Assembly: GCA_945928645.1 (NCBI GenBank)
Contig: CAMENR010000001.1
Coordinates: forward strand, 5,656-29,655
Length of the DNA stretch: 24,000 nucleotides
Origin: an uncultured Clostridia bacterium
GTDB lineage: Bacteria; Bacillota; Clostridia; Christensenellales; UBA1242
Direction of reading: 5' to 3'
Translations under genes and position numbers: made by a program
Shown here: positions 1 through 7,761 of the stretch, in pieces
Layout: each line of letters starts with the position of its first letter
Position numbering within the stretch: position 1 is the stretch's first letter
The notes under the pieces: generated by a model
What the model saw: the letters and a program-made list of their open reading frames with translations, nothing else
What the model was told of the DNA's origin: nothing
The model's database searches: none

Positions 1-80
1 TCAACAGAAAAGTTCTTGCAGATATGGCAGTAAACGACAAGGCTGGATTTAGCAAACTTGTTGAAGAAGTAAAAGCATAA
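1..80 (+). CDS. rplT: 50S ribosomal protein L20, C-terminal end (5' truncated by window edge)
   Basis: The frame starting at nt 3 reads NRKVLADMAVNDKAGFSKLVEEVKA* with stop at 78-80. This resembles the conserved L20 C-terminus as I recall it from E. coli (...[27 protein letters not shown]). Confidence 0.7.
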   Translation, partial: NRKVLADMAVNDKAGFSKLVEEVKA

Positions 81-94
81 TATTGGGGGCAAAA

Positions 95-847
95 GTGGAA
101 GTTATTTCATCATCTAAAAACAAAATTGTGCAACAATTGTCTGAAATAAAGAAAAATTATTCAGCACTTTTTTTGGAAGGTGAAAGACTGGTGCAAGAAG
201 CTATAAATTTTGGTTGCACCCCGCTTATGACCTTTGTCCAAAAGGACAAATTGGAGTATTTTTCTCAAAAGATTCCAACGCTAATAAACGATAAAACATA
301 TATACTTACTTCATCTGTATTTGAAAAAATAAGCGACACGAAAACTCCACAAGGCATTGCAGTGGTTGTGGATTTTGAACTCAAAAAACCTTTTGTCCCA
401 CAAGGAAATTTTCTTGTGGTGGAAAATGTTCAAGATCCGGGTAACCTTGGAACAATACTACGTTGTGCCAAGGGGACTGATTTTAGAGATGTTTTTTTGA
501 TAAATTGTGTAAGTGTATTCAATACAAAAGTTGTGAGGAGTTCTATGGGAGGTTTGTTTGGCACGAATATCTGTCAAATGACTTCTACAGAGGAATTTCT
601 GGAATTTGCAAAAAAACAACATTTGCAACTTGCAATTTTGACTATGGACGGGCAGAATATTTTTAAGATAACCAAAAAACCTACAAATATTGGCCTTGTG
701 CTAGGCAATGAGGGCAATGGTATATCAAATATAATGCGTAATTTTGCTCAAAACAAATGGTGTGTGCCAATGAAGCATAATCTAGAATCGCTTAATGTTT
801 CTGTTTGTGCTGGGATATGTATGTTTTATCTTGACAATTTAGCATAA
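95..847 (+). CDS. TrmH/SpoU-family RNA 2'-O-methyltransferase (YsgA/RlmB-like)
   Basis: SpoU methylase motifs are present: NVQDPGNLGTILRCA, LVLGNEGNGIS and ESLNVSVCAGICMF. The track starts the ORF at TTG 83. I prefer GTG 95 because GGGGG at 85-89 sits 5 nt upstream and the resulting N-terminus (M)EVISSSKNKIVQQL is typical of the family. The gene begins 2-14 nt after the rplT stop. Confidence 0.85.
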   Translation: MEVISSSKNKIVQQLSEIKKNYSALFLEGERLVQEAINFGCTPLMTFVQKDKLEYFSQKIPTLINDKTYILTSSVFEKISDTKTPQGIAVVVDFELKKPFVPQGNFLVVENVQDPGNLGTILRCAKGTDFRDVFLINCVSVFNTKVVRSSMGGLFGTNICQMTSTEEFLEFAKKQHLQLAILTMDGQNIFKITKKPTNIGLVLGNEGNGISNIMRNFAQNKWCVPMKHNLESLNVSVCAGICMFYLDNLA

Positions 848-891
848 AAAATGTTATAAAAAATTGAAATCCAAGAAAGGGAGAATTTTAG

Positions 892-1449
892 ATGATTTCT
901 GCAGGAGAATTTAGAAAGGGTGTTACATTTGAATATGAAGGCAACATCTATATTGTGGTTGATTTTCAACATGTAAAACCAGGCAAAGGCGCTGCATTTG
1001 TGCGCACAAAAATGAAAAATATTGTAACTGGACAAGTTTTGGAGAGAACTTTCAACCCAACAGAAAGAGTTGAAGAAGCCAAAATTGAAAAGAAGGAAAT
1101 GCAATATCTTTACAACGAAGACGGCATTTATTACTTTATGGATATGGAAACATATGACCAAATCCCTCTTAACTATGATCAAGTGCAAGAGGCTATGAAG
1201 TATGTTATCGAAAATATGATGGTTTCTATCCAATTTTACAAGGGAAAGGCTTTTTCTGTTTTGCCTCCAATGTTTGTTGAACTTAATATTACTGATTGTG
1301 AACCAGGAATTCAAGGTGATACATCAAAAGCAGGCAACAAGCCAGCAACACTGGAAACAGGACTTGTTATCCAAGTGCCTTTGTTTGTAAACAACGGGGA
1401 CAGAATCCGTATCGACACCAGAACTGGTGAATATATGGAAAGAGTGTAA
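892..1449 (+). CDS. efp: Translation elongation factor P
   Basis: 185 aa. The N-terminus [43 protein letters not shown] carries the conserved KPGKG loop. A strong SD (AAGGGAGA) lies at 877-884. Confidence 0.97.
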   Translation: MISAGEFRKGVTFEYEGNIYIVVDFQHVKPGKGAAFVRTKMKNIVTGQVLERTFNPTERVEEAKIEKKEMQYLYNEDGIYYFMDMETYDQIPLNYDQVQEAMKYVIENMMVSIQFYKGKAFSVLPPMFVELNITDCEPGIQGDTSKAGNKPATLETGLVIQVPLFVNNGDRIRIDTRTGEYMERV

Positions 1450-1506
1450 TTTTTGTCCGTATAATTATTAAAAATTATTTGTATATTAAACTAACTGATA
1501 AATTGA

Positions 1507-1554
1507 ACATCTCAACTATAGATCAAACATCTTACTAGTTGAGGTGTTTTTTTA
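1507..1554 (+). terminator. Rho-independent terminator after efp
   Basis: ACATCTCAACTA (1507-1518) pairs with TAGTTGAGGTGT (1536-1547), giving 12 bp including one G-U pair. A run of 7 T follows at 1547-1553. The loop is rather long (17 nt). Confidence 0.7.
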
Positions 1555-1645
1555 TTGGAGAAAAAGGGTAGATAAATGGTTATTTTGTCATATATGATTG
1601 ATTTGCTTGTGAGATAAATATATATAAGAGGTAAGAAGGTGTGTT

Positions 1646-2560
1646 ATGTTTGAAGAACTTTTTCCTCAATATATTTTTAAGGCAATATCTCTTTTGCCAA
1701 TAAAAAAATTGAATGAAATAAGGTTAAGACTTAATAAAAAAATTGTCGTAACATTGCAAGGTAAATCTTATTATTTGTGTCAAGAAGGGCTTACTGGCAA
1801 GGCAGAAAAGGCGATTGTTGCAGATAAATTTTTGATTGATGAGATTGTAAAAAGGGCTTGTGAAAACTCTGTTTATGCTTATTCCAATCAAATAAAAGAG
1901 GGCTTTTTGACGCTAAAAGGAGGGGCAAGGATAGGTTTGTGCGGAGAGGGTGTGTGCGAAAATGGAGGAGTAAAAACCTTAAAGAACATCAATAGTCTTG
2001 CTATAAGAGTTCCACACGAAGTTAAGGGGTGTTCGCTATCAGTTATGGAGTATTTGTTTAGAAATGACTTTTTGAGCACACTAATTGTTTCTCCTCCTGG
2101 GTGCGGAAAGACTACTTTTATCAGAGATTTGATTTATCAGTTATCGCAAAAAAATTATTGCTACAATGTCCTTGTATGTGATGAAAGATTTGAGATTGCA
2201 AATTGCTTTAATGGCATAAATACCCTAGATGTTGGTGAATTTTGTGACATAGAGAGTGGTGTGTCAAAAAGTTATGCATTCAAAAATGGCATTAGAGCAA
2301 TGCGACCAGACATATTGGTAACAGATGAATTAGGAAGCAAAGAAGATTTTGAAGCAGTGGTGCAAGCCAGCAGTTGTGGCACTGTTCTTTTGGCATCAAT
2401 ACACGCAAAAGATATTGATGACCTAAAACTTAAGACGTCCTTTGAAAATATCCTAAAGGAAAAAATTTTTGATAGATATGTGGTTTTATCTTCTCGCAAT
2501 GGGCCAGGAACAGTGGAAGGCGTTTTTGATGAAAATTTAAGGTGTATAAGTTATATTTGA
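1646..2560 (+). CDS. spoIIIAA: Stage III sporulation protein AA (AAA-type ATPase of the SpoIIIA-SpoIIQ channel)
   Basis: 304 aa with Walker A SPPGCGKTTFIRDL and a Walker B-like ILVTDELG. It is the first gene of an eight-gene spoIIIA-ordered cluster. SD GAAGGTG lies at 1635-1641. Confidence 0.93.
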   Translation: MFEELFPQYIFKAISLLPIKKLNEIRLRLNKKIVVTLQGKSYYLCQEGLTGKAEKAIVADKFLIDEIVKRACENSVYAYSNQIKEGFLTLKGGARIGLCGEGVCENGGVKTLKNINSLAIRVPHEVKGCSLSVMEYLFRNDFLSTLIVSPPGCGKTTFIRDLIYQLSQKNYCYNVLVCDERFEIANCFNGINTLDVGEFCDIESGVSKSYAFKNGIRAMRPDILVTDELGSKEDFEAVVQASSCGTVLLASIHAKDIDDLKLKTSFENILKEKIFDRYVVLSSRNGPGTVEGVFDENLRCISYI

Positions 2561-2572
2561 TGGATTTTGAAT

Positions 2573-3064
2573 ATGAAATATTTGTTGATTATTGTTTGTG
2601 TTGTTTGTTGTATAATGGCAGGATTATTATGTGGCAAATATCTAAAGAAAAAGGCTAGGTTTTATTCTGATTTGTGCCTTTTTTGCGAGGATTTGATGCT
2701 TGAAATTAAGGGGAAGTTGCAGACTCTGCCAAACTTTGTTTCTACTCACAAAAATATGTTTGGCAAAGAATTCTCTATTGTTTTGGATAAATATGAAGAT
2801 TATTTATCTGGGAAGATTGAGCAAAAAGAATTTTTTGATTTGGAGATTTCTTCCTTAAGTAGCAATGAAGTCAAGGATGTGTGTGTGTTTTTATTGGGTT
2901 TAGGAAATTTTTTGACAGAAGAAGAATTGACAAAATTACAAGTAAATAAGTCAAAATTTCAACTAAAAAGCAAGGCTTGTGATGAGAGTAAAAATAAATT
3001 TTATGGAACTTATATGAAGCTTTTTGTGGTGGCTGGGGTTGCTTTTGCAATAATTTTTTTGTAG
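2573..3064 (+). CDS. spoIIIAB: Stage III sporulation protein AB
   Basis: About 163 aa with one N-terminal TM helix (YLLIIVCVVCCIMAGLLCG) and one C-terminal TM helix. The assignment rests on its position between AA and AC and a size typical of SpoIIIAB. The start could be ATG 2573 or in-frame TTG 2567. Confidence 0.8.
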   Translation: MKYLLIIVCVVCCIMAGLLCGKYLKKKARFYSDLCLFCEDLMLEIKGKLQTLPNFVSTHKNMFGKEFSIVLDKYEDYLSGKIEQKEFFDLEISSLSSNEVKDVCVFLLGLGNFLTEEELTKLQVNKSKFQLKSKACDESKNKFYGTYMKLFVVAGVAFAIIFL

Positions 3065-3082
3065 TAAAAAGGTGGAGAAGTG

Positions 3083-3280
3083 ATGGACTATAATTTAATT
3101 TTTAAGATTGCTGGCATAGGATTAATAACCGCAATAGTAGCCCAAATACTAAAAAATGTGGGCAAAGAGGAGATTGCAACGGTTGCGACATTGGCTGGGT
3201 TGGTTGTTGTTCTTTTGATGGCGGTAAATATGGTTAGTGACCTGTTTGAAACGGTAAAACGATTGTTTTTGTTGTATTAG
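3083..3280 (+). CDS. spoIIIAC: Stage III sporulation protein AC
   Basis: A 65-aa protein with two TM helices: MDYNLIFKIAGIGLITAIVAQILKNVGKEEIATVATLAGLVVVLLMAV. This is the characteristic SpoIIIAC/AD-family sequence. SD GGTGGAG at 3071-7 is 5 nt before ATG 3083; the track start at GTG 3080 is too close to the SD. Confidence 0.9.
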   Translation: MDYNLIFKIAGIGLITAIVAQILKNVGKEEIATVATLAGLVVVLLMAVNMVSDLFETVKRLFLLY

Positions 3281-3330
3281 ATACAAAAATTTCTAAATAG
3301 GAGGGCATAAAAACCTAAAATGGTGAACTT

Positions 3331-3717
3331 ATGGAGATTTTTAAGATAGTAGGTGTAGCAATCCTTACTTGTGTTGCAGGAGCAGTGATAAAACAGGTTA
3401 GGCAAGAGTTCTTTGTGGTTGTTGTGTTGGCCGGGAGTCTTATCATCTTGTTTATGGTAGTGGATAAGTTGCAAGAATTGTTCAATTTTGTTTCACAAAT
3501 CTTCAACAAAACAGGGCTAGATTATGGTTTTTTTGCAAATTTACTAAAAATTTTAGGAGTGGGAATTTTAACGGAATTTGCAAGTGGGCTTTGTGTTGAT
3601 AGTGGCAATACTGCTGTGGCAAACAAGGTAATTATTGCCGGCAAAGTTATCATTGCAAGCTTATCCCTCCCAATAATATGGAATCTTTTGGAGGTGGTTA
3701 TTTCTATTTTGCCGTGA
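3331..3717 (+). CDS. spoIIIAD: Stage III sporulation protein AD
   Basis: A 128-aa polytopic membrane protein. Its N-terminus MEIFKIVGVAILTCVAGAVIKQVRQEF is paralogous to AC, and it sits at the correct operon position. Confidence 0.9.
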   Translation: MEIFKIVGVAILTCVAGAVIKQVRQEFFVVVVLAGSLIILFMVVDKLQELFNFVSQIFNKTGLDYGFFANLLKILGVGILTEFASGLCVDSGNTAVANKVIIAGKVIIASLSLPIIWNLLEVVISILP

Positions 3718-3719
3718 GT

Positions 3720-5096
3720 ATGAAATATAAAAAAAGAGTATTTGATGTGAAAGGATTGTTTTGTTGTATAAAAACTATTTTTATTATACTTATTTCTCTT
3801 CTGATATGTGGAATAACTTTTTTTTCGCCTATCAAAAATGATGATAATAGGTTATATAAATCACATTTGAATAAAATCGAAGTGCAATCTGAGGTTTTTT
3901 GTATAAGAGGGAATATAAATGGCTTAATTGACTACGAAGATGATCTTTTTAATAAAATTAGCAACCACTTTAGTAGTAAAATTTCCAACAATTTGCTTGG
4001 AGTAGAAAACTTGGAAGATGAGTTGGGAGAAAATATAGATAAGCAGTTAGATGATATTGACTTTGATATTTTGGACAATCAAATTGGAAATTTAGACTTA
4101 AGCGAAAAGGATTTTGTAGGAAAGAAAAGTTTTTTGGAAGTTGTAAAAGGTTTTATCTCTGGAGAAAATGATAGTATATACAACAATTTTATTCCATATG
4201 CATTGGGAACTCTGTTTGATTTTATATTAGAGTATGTCCCTTATTTTGCAGTTATTATTGCAGTTATCATAGGATATAGTCTTTTGAGCAATGTTGCTGA
4301 TGATGGTGGCGGAGTAGGGAGGATAGTGTATATTGCTTGTTTTGGCACAGTGGCTACAATAGTCCTAAAGCTTGTCATTGACGTCTTACATAGTAGCGAA
4401 CAAGCAATAAGCCTTATGCAAACACAGATGGAGGCTATATTTCCAATATTACTAACCCTTATGACTGCTATTGGTGGGGTAGTTTCGGCAAGTACTTTTC
4501 AACCTTTTATGGCGATTTTGTCTAGTGGTATAGCAAAAATGTTTTCTTCCATAATGGTCCCTGTGTTTATATTTAGCATAGTGTTTTGCACCATAGGGGC
4601 AATATCCAAAAATGTTAAATTAGAAAAATTTTCAAAATTCTTCACTAGTTTGTTTTCATGGGTTGTTGGAGTGATATTTACAGTATTTATTGCTTTTTTG
4701 TCTGTAAGTGGGCTTACATCTGCGACTGCAGATTCGATATCGCTAAAAACCGCTAAATTTGCGATAAAGAGTTATGTCCCAATGGTCGGTGGATACCTAT
4801 CGGACGGAATGAGTGTTATTGTGTGTAGTAGTGTTTTGGTAAAGAATGCTATAGGGATTTCTGGACTCGTATTATTGGTCGCCACAGTATTTGCTCCTAT
4901 AATAAAAATAGGGATTCTTATATTATTATTTAAGCTTACATCTGCAATACTAGAGCCATTATGTGATAAGGAGTTGCCAGATTTCTTATTTGCAGTATCA
5001 AAAACTATGAATATGTTAGTTGTTTGTCTTTTGGCGATTGGGGTGATGTATTTGATTTCAATATCTCTTGTTATGTGTTGCGCCAATGCATTGTGA
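3720..5096 (+). CDS. spoIIIAE: Stage III sporulation protein AE (polytopic membrane permease-like component)
   Basis: About 458 aa. It has an N-terminal signal/anchor, an acidic extracytoplasmic segment and then multiple TM helices, and it is in the correct operon position. ATG 3720 lies 2 nt after the spoIIIAD stop. The track start at 3678 would overlap AD by 40 nt. Confidence 0.88.
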   Translation: MKYKKRVFDVKGLFCCIKTIFIILISLLICGITFFSPIKNDDNRLYKSHLNKIEVQSEVFCIRGNINGLIDYEDDLFNKISNHFSSKISNNLLGVENLEDELGENIDKQLDDIDFDILDNQIGNLDLSEKDFVGKKSFLEVVKGFISGENDSIYNNFIPYALGTLFDFILEYVPYFAVIIAVIIGYSLLSNVADDGGGVGRIVYIACFGTVATIVLKLVIDVLHSSEQAISLMQTQMEAIFPILLTLMTAIGGVVSASTFQPFMAILSSGIAKMFSSIMVPVFIFSIVFCTIGAISKNVKLEKFSKFFTSLFSWVVGVIFTVFIAFLSVSGLTSATADSISLKTAKFAIKSYVPMVGGYLSDGMSVIVCSSVLVKNAIGISGLVLLVATVFAPIIKIGILILLFKLTSAILEPLCDKELPDFLFAVSKTMNMLVVCLLAIGVMYLISISLVMCCANAL

Positions 5097-5104
5097 GGTG
5101 GGGT

Positions 5105-5587
5105 ATGAGTGAAATTTCAAATTGGATTCTGCAGATAACTGGGATAGTTTTGTGTGGGGTTTTGGTAGAAGTCCTCTTGCCTAAGGGCAAATTGAATAAA
5201 ATCCTCAAGACTATCCTTGCTCTTTTTATTGTTATGGTTATAATTGCTCCTCTAAAGAATAGTGATATAGCCAAGTTGAATTTTTCTAACATATTTGGTG
5301 AACTGAATATAGACAAAAGTTTTGTTGAACGACGAGAGGGGGAAAAGATAGAAATGTTGGAGCAAACTATTGAGGATTCGCTAGCTAAAAATGGATATAT
5401 GGATACCAAAGTGAATATTGTAGGAGAGTTTTGTGATGAAAAATTGAACATTGAAACTGTTTTTGTCGATTTAACAGGGCTTGTTCTATTGAGTGATAGT
5501 TTGAATATAAATAAATATACAAACATTGTGGCAGTGATAAAAAATCTTATAAATATAAGCGAGGAAAATGTGATTTTTTATGAGTGA
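5105..5587 (+). CDS. spoIIIAF: Stage III sporulation protein AF
   Basis: About 160 aa. The N-terminus MSEISNWILQITGIVLCGVLVEVLLPKGKLNKILKTILALFIVMVIIAPL has the typical two TM helices with the LLP motif. SD GAGGTGG is directly upstream of ATG 5105. The track start at 5024 lies inside spoIIIAE. Confidence 0.85.
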   Translation: MSEISNWILQITGIVLCGVLVEVLLPKGKLNKILKTILALFIVMVIIAPLKNSDIAKLNFSNIFGELNIDKSFVERREGEKIEMLEQTIEDSLAKNGYMDTKVNIVGEFCDEKLNIETVFVDLTGLVLLSDSLNINKYTNIVAVIKNLINISEENVIFYE

Positions 5588-6128
5588 AGGCAAAAAGAAT
5601 TCTAAATTTTCAGCTTTGTTTGAAAAGTTGAAGAAGATTAAGCATCTTGATATTATATTGGTTGTCTTGTTCATTGCCATAATTTTGCTAATTTATTTTT
5701 CGTCCTTTGGCAAGTCTGATGCAAAGTTAGACACTTCATACGGAACAACCACAGAAGATACTTCTTTTGATAAATATAGGACAAGCCTAGAGCAGAAGAT
5801 AAAAGTAGCAGTGGAAGCCTTGGAAAATGTGGACAAGGCAGAAGTAATACTGTATTTTGACAAGGGGATAGAAACTGTTATTGCATATACATACGAAACA
5901 AAAACTTTGCAAGATGGAACGAAACTAGAGACAAAAAGTCCTGTTTTGGTGCAAAATGGTAAGGAGCAGGAAGTCGTTGTATTGCAAGAGATAATGCCTC
6001 AACCAATTTCAGTGATTGTAGTTGCAAAAGGGGCAAGGGACACAAATGTAAAGTTGAAGATTTTGCAGTTGCTACAAGCAATGTTTGAGATTAAATCTTC
6101 AAATATAGAAATTTTTGCAGGAAATTAG
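5580..6128 (+). CDS. spoIIIAG: Stage III sporulation protein AG (ring-forming channel component)
   Basis: 182 aa with a basic N-terminus, one TM helix (ILVVLFIAIILLIYF) and a soluble C-terminal domain (...EQKIKVAVEALENVDKAEVILYF...ISVIVVAKGA). It overlaps the spoIIIAF stop by 8 nt. Confidence 0.85.
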   Translation: MSEGKKNSKFSALFEKLKKIKHLDIILVVLFIAIILLIYFSSFGKSDAKLDTSYGTTTEDTSFDKYRTSLEQKIKVAVEALENVDKAEVILYFDKGIETVIAYTYETKTLQDGTKLETKSPVLVQNGKEQEVVVLQEIMPQPISVIVVAKGARDTNVKLKILQLLQAMFEIKSSNIEIFAGN

Positions 6129-6147
6129 TTTTTGGAGGTAAATAAAA

Positions 6148-6627
6148 ATGTCAAAGAAGAAGAAAATTATTGTATTTGTTTGTATGCTATGTTTGCTTGT
6201 CGTAACAGGGGTGATGAATGTTGTTCTAAACAAAAGTATAGATGCAACTGCTGTAAGTGGTGGCGGAGAAGTAACCACTGCTTCATTCTTTACAACAAGT
6301 AGGTTGGATAAAACTACAACAAGAAATGAAGCCATAGCACAATACAAAGAAATATTGTCCAGTTCAGCAAGTTCTGAGGAAGCCAAGACAAATGCAGAGG
6401 CAAAAATAAATGAACTAGTAGAGGCAATGTCTATGGAAACAACAATGGAAGGATTGATAAAAGCAAAAGGTTTTAGTGACGCTCTTGTAAATTATTCGTC
6501 AACTTATATCAATGTAATTCTAAAAAGTGCAGAACTTACAGAAGATGAGGTCGCAAAAATTGTAGATGTAATCCAATCACAAACCAACCGAGATATAGAT
6601 TATATTAAAATTATTCCAGTGGAATAG
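6148..6627 (+). CDS. spoIIIAH: Stage III sporulation protein AH
   Basis: 159 aa with an N-terminal TM anchor. A SpoIIIAH-like region follows (FFTTSRLDKTTTRNEAI...EAKTNAEAKINELVE...METTMEGLIKAKGFSDALV...INVILKS). SD GGAGG lies at 6135-6139. Confidence 0.82.
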   Translation: MSKKKKIIVFVCMLCLLVVTGVMNVVLNKSIDATAVSGGGEVTTASFFTTSRLDKTTTRNEAIAQYKEILSSSASSEEAKTNAEAKINELVEAMSMETTMEGLIKAKGFSDALVNYSSTYINVILKSAELTEDEVAKIVDVIQSQTNRDIDYIKIIPVE

Positions 6628-6796
6628 AAAATTACTTTAGATTAAAGTTTAGCCCAGATTACAGCAATTATTGTGCCACTTTGTCATTTGAAATAAGAAG
6701 GTTGTAGCAGTGCAAAAATCTATAACCAAATAATTAGTATGAAAGTTTTAACAATGACAAAGTTATGGTAAAAGGATACCAAAATGATTGCAATAA

Positions 6797-6825
6797 AACT
6801 CCTCTATAATAGGGGGAGTTTTTTG
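6797..6825 (+). terminator. Rho-independent terminator about 170 nt downstream of spoIIIAH
   Basis: AACTCCTCT (6797-6805) pairs with AGGGGGAGTT (6811-6820) across the loop ATAAT. TTTTT follows at 6820-6824. Confidence 0.7.
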
Positions 6826-6845
6826 ATGTAAGTATGAAAAATTGA

Positions 6846-6874
6846 TTGCATATTTTCTTTGCTCGTGTTATACT
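6846..6874 (+). promoter_or_regulatory. Candidate sigma-A promoter for the asp23-nusB-xseAB-proS unit
   Basis: -35 TTGCAT (6846-6851), a 17-nt spacer, and an extended -10 TGtTATACT (TATACT at 6869-6874). It lies about 27 nt upstream of the asp23-like start. This is a sequence match only. Confidence 0.45.
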
Positions 6875-6900
6875 AATGTCGTTATAAAGGGGAATAGTGT

Positions 6901-7281
6901 ATGTTTGGCAAAGAAGTCTTTGAAAAAAATGATGATGGAAAGGTCTATTGTGGCAAAAATATTATGCTATCAATTATCAACTTATCTGCAAAAGAGATAA
7001 GCGGTGTTTCATCTCTTTGCAATGACTTTGCAAGCAAATTCAAAAGGTTTTTTTCTACCAACTATTTTGAGGGTGTAAAGGTTTCTTATACAAAAGGTAA
7101 AAATTTAGTTATTGATATTTACCTTAAGGTATATTTTGGATACAGTGTTGCCGATGTGGCATATCGTGTGCAAGAAAACGTAAAAAATGGTATTTCCAAT
7201 ATGATTGATGCTAAGATAGAAAGTATAAACATTCATGTTATGGGTGTGGAATTTTCTAGAGAGGACTTGGCAAAGTATTAA
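6901..7281 (+). CDS. Asp23/Gls24-family (alkaline shock protein, DUF322) protein, YqhY-like
   Basis: 126 aa. The pattern is typical of Asp23: ...IMLSIINLSAKEISGVSSL...VKVSYTKGKNLVIDIYLKVYFGYSVADVAYRVQENVKNGISNMIDAKIESINIHVMGV. The position immediately upstream of nusB matches B. subtilis yqhY and its clostridial equivalents. Confidence 0.85.
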   Translation: MFGKEVFEKNDDGKVYCGKNIMLSIINLSAKEISGVSSLCNDFASKFKRFFSTNYFEGVKVSYTKGKNLVIDIYLKVYFGYSVADVAYRVQENVKNGISNMIDAKIESINIHVMGVEFSREDLAKY

Positions 7282-7325
7282 AATAATAAGGTATAATTTT
7301 TGTATAAATTTAGTAAGGAGCATAA

Positions 7326-7739
7326 ATGAGTAGGACAGAAGCAAGGGAATGCGGGTTTAAGATGATATATCAGTCATTTTTCAACAATCAAGCGAATGTT
7401 GAACCTTTTTTTGATTGTGAAAATTTACAAGATGATGTTTCTGCCCAAGAAGTTTTGGCTGACGAATTGCAATTTGCAAATAATATTTTTTCAAGTTATC
7501 AGGAAAATAAAGCAAAGATTGAAAGCAAACTTCAAGATAATCTAAAAAAGGGGTTAAAACTAACTGATATATATTCTCTGGACAAGGCGATCCTTTTTGC
7601 AACTATTGCTCAGATTGACTATTTGCAAGAACCGTTGGGGTTGGCTATCAATGAAGCAGTGCGAATTGCCAAGAAGTATTCTACGGACAAAAGTTCGAAG
7701 TTTGTTAATGGAGTCTTGTCCTCAATATATAAGGAATAA
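7326..7739 (+). CDS. nusB: Transcription antitermination factor NusB
   Basis: 137 aa. It begins MSRTEARECGFKMIYQ and ends ...AINEAVRIAKKYSTDKSSKFVNGVLSSI, both characteristic of NusB. SD AAGGAG lies at 7315-7320. Confidence 0.92.
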   Translation: MSRTEARECGFKMIYQSFFNNQANVEPFFDCENLQDDVSAQEVLADELQFANNIFSSYQENKAKIESKLQDNLKKGLKLTDIYSLDKAILFATIAQIDYLQEPLGLAINEAVRIAKKYSTDKSSKFVNGVLSSIYKE

Positions 7740-7761
7740 GACACATATTTAGGATGTGCGT

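Noticed and set aside
1587-1626. Promoter assignment for spoIIIAA: a sigma-E-like -35 (TCATATA at 1588-1594) and a sigma-A-like TTGATT-17-TATATA (1598-1626).
   Set aside because: No acceptable CATACAHT -10 lies at the right distance from the sigma-E-like -35. The sigma-A-like match is in very AT-rich sequence and conflicts with the expected mother-cell regulation. I also checked the 3' part of spoIIIAF for an internal sigma-E promoter: GAATATA at 5503-5509 and TATACAAA at 5516-5523 are only 6 nt apart. Neither is reportable without transcript mapping.
6784-6831. A 15-codon ORF (MIAIKLLYNRGSFLM) with an AAAGGA SD-like sequence, overlapping the terminator hairpin. I considered it as a leader-peptide attenuator.
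   Set aside because: It has no run of regulatory codons and no alternative antiterminator pairing that I could find. The best asp23 promoter lies downstream of this terminator, so an attenuator here would have nothing to control.
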